Below are positions 62,396 to 64,000 of a stretch of DNA of 64,000 bases, piece by piece; within the stretch, counting starts at the first letter, position 1, and each line of letters opens with the position of its first letter. The notes beneath the pieces are model-generated. The model did not search any database, was not told the origin of the DNA, and saw only the letters and a list, made by a program, of their open reading frames with translations. This DNA is from Lepidodermella squamata (taxonomy: Eukaryota; Animalia; Gastrotricha), in contig JBLDXI010000038.1 of assembly GCA_047495785.1 (NCBI GenBank), positions 558,001 through 622,000 on the forward strand, read 5' to 3'. A program made the translations under genes and the position numbers.

Positions 62396-64000
62396 CTGTT
62401 TTTATGGAGTCCCTTTAACTAAAAGCCAAGTTTCCGTTTTTTAGAACCCAAATGGCCTTTGGTACCTGGAAACCGCCTTCGCTTAAGGCCCTCTTAGCTT
62501 TTGATTATCAGAAATCAATAATAATCTCTGATTTGTGAAATCGATAATCGACCGGTATCGACTTCGAAATCGATACCATGGCTCATCAGGGGTACGACTA
62601 TTTCGCAAAAATGGGGTAGTTTGACACTTACCTCGATGCAAGACCATCACCGGTTTTGCTTATCTCGTTGAACCAGGCTGCCATTCATCGAAAGCCTCTT
62701 GCAGACTACTCTGATTAGCCTGCTTGAAAGCTGCAAACTGCATGTCTTCATCCATAAAAAATAAGCCTGTATACCTATTTCTGAATTGTAACAATTAAAT
62801 TAGATGCCGCGATTATTTTTAATTTTTTGAGGAATATCGTATCAGTTTGAAGAGCGATTTCACTTTTCCCCAGAGTAGTAGAGTAGCTAACGAGTATGAG
62901 TAATTGAGAGGAAACGATGTTCAAATTATCACTTATTATTGAAATTGATTATTGATTATTAATTATTGAAACTATTGGCATTCGAGGCTTGATGAATGAT
63001 GATGAACGACTGGCTCGATGGAATGCTCGATAGATGCTTGATAGAATGCTATATTCTGAATTCAGTTGCGGCCTTTCCGAATATTTCTTCAGACGACGAC
63101 CGATGCTATTAGCGCCAAATAGCAGCGCAGCTTAAGAGGTATTAACTACGAGCTGCTCAGGGTGCAGGCACGCGCGATGTTTGTTTTGCTAGAGAGCTTG
63201 AGAATTCGAAATTTTAATAGATCAGCAGCGCGGAACAAAATAAATTCGCAGCATGCACATGAAATTCGCTACCCGCAGTGAGAACTTTATGATGTTGAGC
63301 ATGTAAAAAAATTTGTTGAAAAATCAAAGCGCCAACTATGAAACAAGAAACTGATAATACTAAATTTACGCGAAAGCGGGGTCATTAATCTTGTGCAAAT
63401 AAACGCAGTAAGTGCGCGAGGAGGGCCGCGCGGTGACCCTATTACGCCTAAATAAACAAGCCAATCCTTAAGTATGTACCGAAATGTGACGGAGAAAATT
63501 TCCGACTCAGAATTCGTCGACTATGAGGCCGAGAAAGAACTGATGGCGGTTTTAGAAATCAGCATTGATCAAAGTCGAGTGATTTCGTTATCCGAGGCGG
63601 CTGAATTGTTGCCAGATTCAGAAATAGATCAGCTGGAAGCGGATTCTGATGAATCTTATGACGAAGTGAATGACTATTCGTTCGATGGAACTCTCGCTGA
63701 AAGCACGCCGTCAGGAAGGCATTTCGTTGATTTGACAGTCAAAATCAAAGCAGCCCAGGCAGCAATTTTCGAGAAATTGCCCGCTGATAAGCTTGTTCGG
63801 ACGAAATTTATCGCCCACAGTGTGTTAAAGCACTAAAAAATCGACGAATGCCTGTCATACTTCTGTGGTCGGGAATAATGCTCGCAGGGTTCCATAAGTA
63901 CCGGTATTATCATTTGAAACAACCGGTAGTACCGATAACTACCAATAGAAACCGGGTATGAACCGATCCTATGGTCAGATATGGCAATTTATTGTTAGAG

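Noticed and set aside
63474-63836. Acidic 120-aa ORF
   Set aside because: Possibly a transposon remnant or an exon, but there is no diagnostic motif.

Overview
Gene-dense window from a compact-genome invertebrate animal (inferred; modal introns ~50-70 nt, standard code). In order: Bicaudal-C (+); G3BP/Rasputin (-); a nucleolin-like gene (+) with intronic box C/D snoRNA candidates; a non-coding snoRNA host unit (U15-like, 2x U16-like, 2x H/ACA matching the human 18S Psi1004 site); a full-length Ginger1 DNA transposon (TGT...ACA termini, CCGG TSD, integrase + Ulp1 domain); a Ly6/three-finger gene (-); RPL18 (+); sphingosine kinase (+); a T-type Cav3 channel (+); a Cys-rich surface protein (-); two tandem signal-peptide-bearing AIG1/GIMAP-like GTPase genes (-); VAMP7-like (-); UQCRC2 (-); and decayed Helitron and tyrosine-recombinase elements. 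The strongest candidate for an undescribed system is the secreted GTPase pair. Each carries a predicted Cys-clamped beta-hairpin; one tip has a furin site followed by a paramyxovirus-like fusion peptide, the other a Cys/aromatic loop. Also notable: a U2-like AT-AC intron and altered pore residues in Cav3, operon-like gene junctions with apparently unpaired splice acceptors, a shifted U15 paralog, 7-bp-period repeats at promoters, and a speculative telomerase-RNA-like segment. All family and rRNA matches are from recall and manual reading; no searches were run.
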